DNA of 64,000 nt. Origin: Podarcis melisellensis (Eukaryota). Positions 61,287 through 64,000 of this stretch are shown here, one piece after another. Each line of letters begins with the position of its first letter. The first letter of the stretch is position 1. The translations under genes were made by a program, and so were the position numbers. Below the pieces are notes generated by a model that saw nothing but the letters and a program-made list of their open reading frames with translations, had not been told where the DNA came from and ran no database searches. The DNA lies in assembly GCA_964234715.1 (NCBI GenBank), contig OZ174280.1; one strand, written 5' to 3'.

Positions 61287-62615
61287 CTCTAGGCTTAACA
61301 AGTATTTCCACTGTCTCCCCTCATTTCCATCTGCATCTCCGTATTACTGAACTGCAAACAAAGATGTTCAGGTCTTTCCCCCTGATTGGCTTTGATTAAT
61401 TTAGGACCCAGTGATGCGCATGAGTAATTCTTATTATGCTCTCCAATGTGCATTTACTCTGTATTAGTTGACACTGATTTGCATTTGTCAGCATACAACT
61501 CATTCCCTGAGCTTGTTTAGGTCCCTCTGAAATTTATCTCTCATAGAAGTTGCACCCCTGCTTTATCCATCTCAGCTCATTTCCATCATCTGCCTAGCTC
61601 AGTCACACTGCTTTCTGATTTGTGGTGGCCGCTGTAAAAATAGAAAAGAAAGGAAACTTCTGGCTTTTCTTACCCAGGAAAATGGGTAAGCTCCATTGCA
61701 ACAGAATGGGATCTGTGTGAGAAGGCAGACACGGTTCCTGCACCTTCAAAAGTTGTGTAGCAGAGGAAATTTCTCCTGCAAGCTTCCATCTGCTGAAATG
61801 TCTGCACAATTAAAGGTGAAGGAGCCCTAGTCTCCTATCTTAAACCTAGCCACCCTAGAGCTGTATGATCATATTTCTCCCACCCTCCCTAGCTCTTTGG
61901 GAATGTTTCTGTACAGGTGAGATCCTGGGTTTGCCTCCCACCTTAATATTTGTGAACACAGAGCCAGGAATTCTAGTGCTCCACCAATCAAAATGCTTTG
62001 TGCAGAGACCGTAGTGGCTAGTGCCCATCACCTCAACCTGATCAGAAATCAGATAGGCTGATTTCTACTTTTGGAACTAGTTCCTAAATGGAGGCTTTGT
62101 GAGATGCAGCTCTCAGGCATGCCCACAGTTAACAGTTACAACAAAAAGCAAAATTCCTTCTGATGCAACAGCCAGTTTGAATGAAATTACATAATTTTAG
62201 TTCTTTTTAAAGTCTCAGACCACTCAATCCTTTTAATGGTCTCTCATGTAGAGACTTGAGGCTTTCTTAATTGGAGTACAGGTATGCAGAACAGGACAGA
62301 ACTTCCCCTTCTGGACTGGGCATAGTCATGCTCCCCCCCCCCCAGTCTAATTTATGGCTTCTCTACAGAATTACCAGCTTTCATTCTGTTGGGAGCCCCC
62401 CCCCTTGTGGATTGTTAAACTACTGGTTTTAATAGAAATGTCAAGTTGTGGTGTGTGTTTTTTACTGTAACAGATTTTTGTGCTCTTCTCTCTCTGCTTG
62501 CAGCTGTGACTGCTAACCATCGTCAGAAATATGGAATGCCAGTAGCGATTGCTTAATTCTGTCAGGGGCCCAGAAGTATCTATAAATCAGTCAGGAAGCA
62601 GGAAGTTACCCAAGA

Positions 62616-62747
62616 CTGGGGATAGGGAAAACACAGCCCTCCATATGTTGCTGGACTCTAACTCCCATCAGCCCCAGCCAGCATGGCCAATGATCAAGAA
62701 TTATGGGAATTGTAGCTCAGCATCTTCTGAAGGGCTTCCCATCCCTG
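62616..62747. mobile_element. Palindromic hAT-type MITE (older); another remnant at about 63625-63735
   Basis: gccctccatatgttgctggactctaactcccatca..atgggaattgtagctcagca..cccatccctg. Confidence 0.68.
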
Positions 62748-64000
62748 CTCAAGAGCATGGCCGGGAGACTTACGGCACAACCCCATACATGTCTAAGTCC
62801 CATTGAGTTCAGTGGGACTTACTTCCTGTTCCAGGTAAGTGAGGGTGCTAGGATTGCAGCCTTGGTATCATAAGAAGTTCAAGGGAGGTACAGACTCCAG
62901 AGTGGGTGATGGAGGCAAAAATCCTATACACACTTACACAGGGAGTAAGCCTGATTAATCTCAATGGGGTTTACTTAGGAGTAGAGGTGCATAGGATTGT
63001 GCTGTGAAGCACTGGGTAAAAAGTGGAGACAAGCAAGGCTTTTGCAAACTGAATTAGCCAAGTAGACTTCTTTAGGCTATGTGCAGATAGAGAGTCATGA
63101 GACCTGGTCTAACAAAGGTGCCAATAGGCTCAAGCCAAATGAAACCAGTCATTTAGGTGAGGTAGCTAAGGTGTAAAAATTTATAGGAGTAGGAATCTGG
63201 GCAGCATGGCTTAACATGGCCTCATGAGAGGAGCAGTAAACCCCATTGCCCCAGTGGACATGGACTAGTTGTTGAGCAATTCAAGCTCTGTTCCCACTGG
63301 AGATACCAGAATAGTGTAACTCAGGCTCAATAAGATCTAAGTCGAAGTAAACAATCATCCCAACTCACAAGCTCATATATGAGCAGCAGATTGGCTTTGT
63401 TTCCTCTTCCTACTCTTGCAATATGCCAGACAAATATTTCCCAATAATAAAAGAAGTAACACTGTTATGCTGTGTGCTCAGTACACTTCCTCTCCCCCAG
63501 TCCTCTCCTTTCATCAGGGACAGGGACTGCAGCAGCACTGTGAGACTCTTTGGAGGAAAAGCTGTGAGAAGGAGCAGAGAAGTTTGTTTATCCAGCTAGC
63601 ATAGACATCTGGAGAAGAGGAAGGGAGCCAACATGGTGCCCTGCAGATATTGCGGGCGATTCACTCCCATCATCCCTAATCCTGCTGGCTGAGGCTGATG
63701 AGAGTTGGAGGACACCACATTGGCCGTCCCAGGGCTAGATTAGCCAGTGGGAAGCAGAATTCCATGATTTCATTGTTACTGGAGCCCTTCGGAACCCAGC
63801 AAATGCAAAGCATTTCCCCATATGTTGAATAGTGAGATTGCTACCTCTTTTCTGATAGGGCTCATGGATCTTTAACTGCTGCATGTTAATTGCTGTCCTG
63901 TCTCTGTGCCTAGGGGAGATGCCCCCTGCTGTATTTCTTCCTACCAGGCAGCTGATAAAGGCACAGGAGCCTGTCCTGGTGATATACTATTTCATCACAG

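Noticed and set aside
45400-64000. Neighbouring KLF-family zinc-finger gene expected from mammalian synteny
   Set aside because: No C2H2 zinc-finger coding sequence is visible in this window.

Overview
Vertebrate genomic DNA, most likely a lacertid lizard. The taxon is inferred from the repeat content: Sauria SINE, a POM/Squam2-like tRNA-Ile SINE, Squam3 SINE, Bov-B, Penelope, and lizard-type hAT and mariner MITEs. The window holds the 5' half of SLC6A9 (glycine transporter GlyT1) on the minus strand. From 5' to 3' the parts are: a CpG-island promoter with a non-coding first exon (donor at 43486); the GlyT1a start exon (MAEKCSEGLL, 35147-35176); the GlyT1b start exon (MSSQGVPCPQEQ, 18225-18260); and the first two common coding exons (1559-1715, 603-734). 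The rest of the gene lies left of the window. The remaining sequence is intron and upstream intergenic DNA rich in transposon remnants, and almost all entries in the ORF track are spurious. Four observations stand out. (1) The GlyT1a leader has an ATF4/C-EBP element whose own ATG opens a 5-codon uORF, plus a second strong uATG at the exon-1 donor whose outcome depends on the acceptor used. (2) An intact minimal hammerhead ribozyme sits in a Penelope terminal repeat antisense to the gene, while the sense-oriented copies have lost their catalytic core. (3) The GlyT1b initiator appears shifted by three codons relative to mammals. (4) There is a candidate RFX-driven plus-strand spliced transcript upstream of the gene. 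Comparisons to human sequence and repeat consensuses are from memory and were not checked by alignment.
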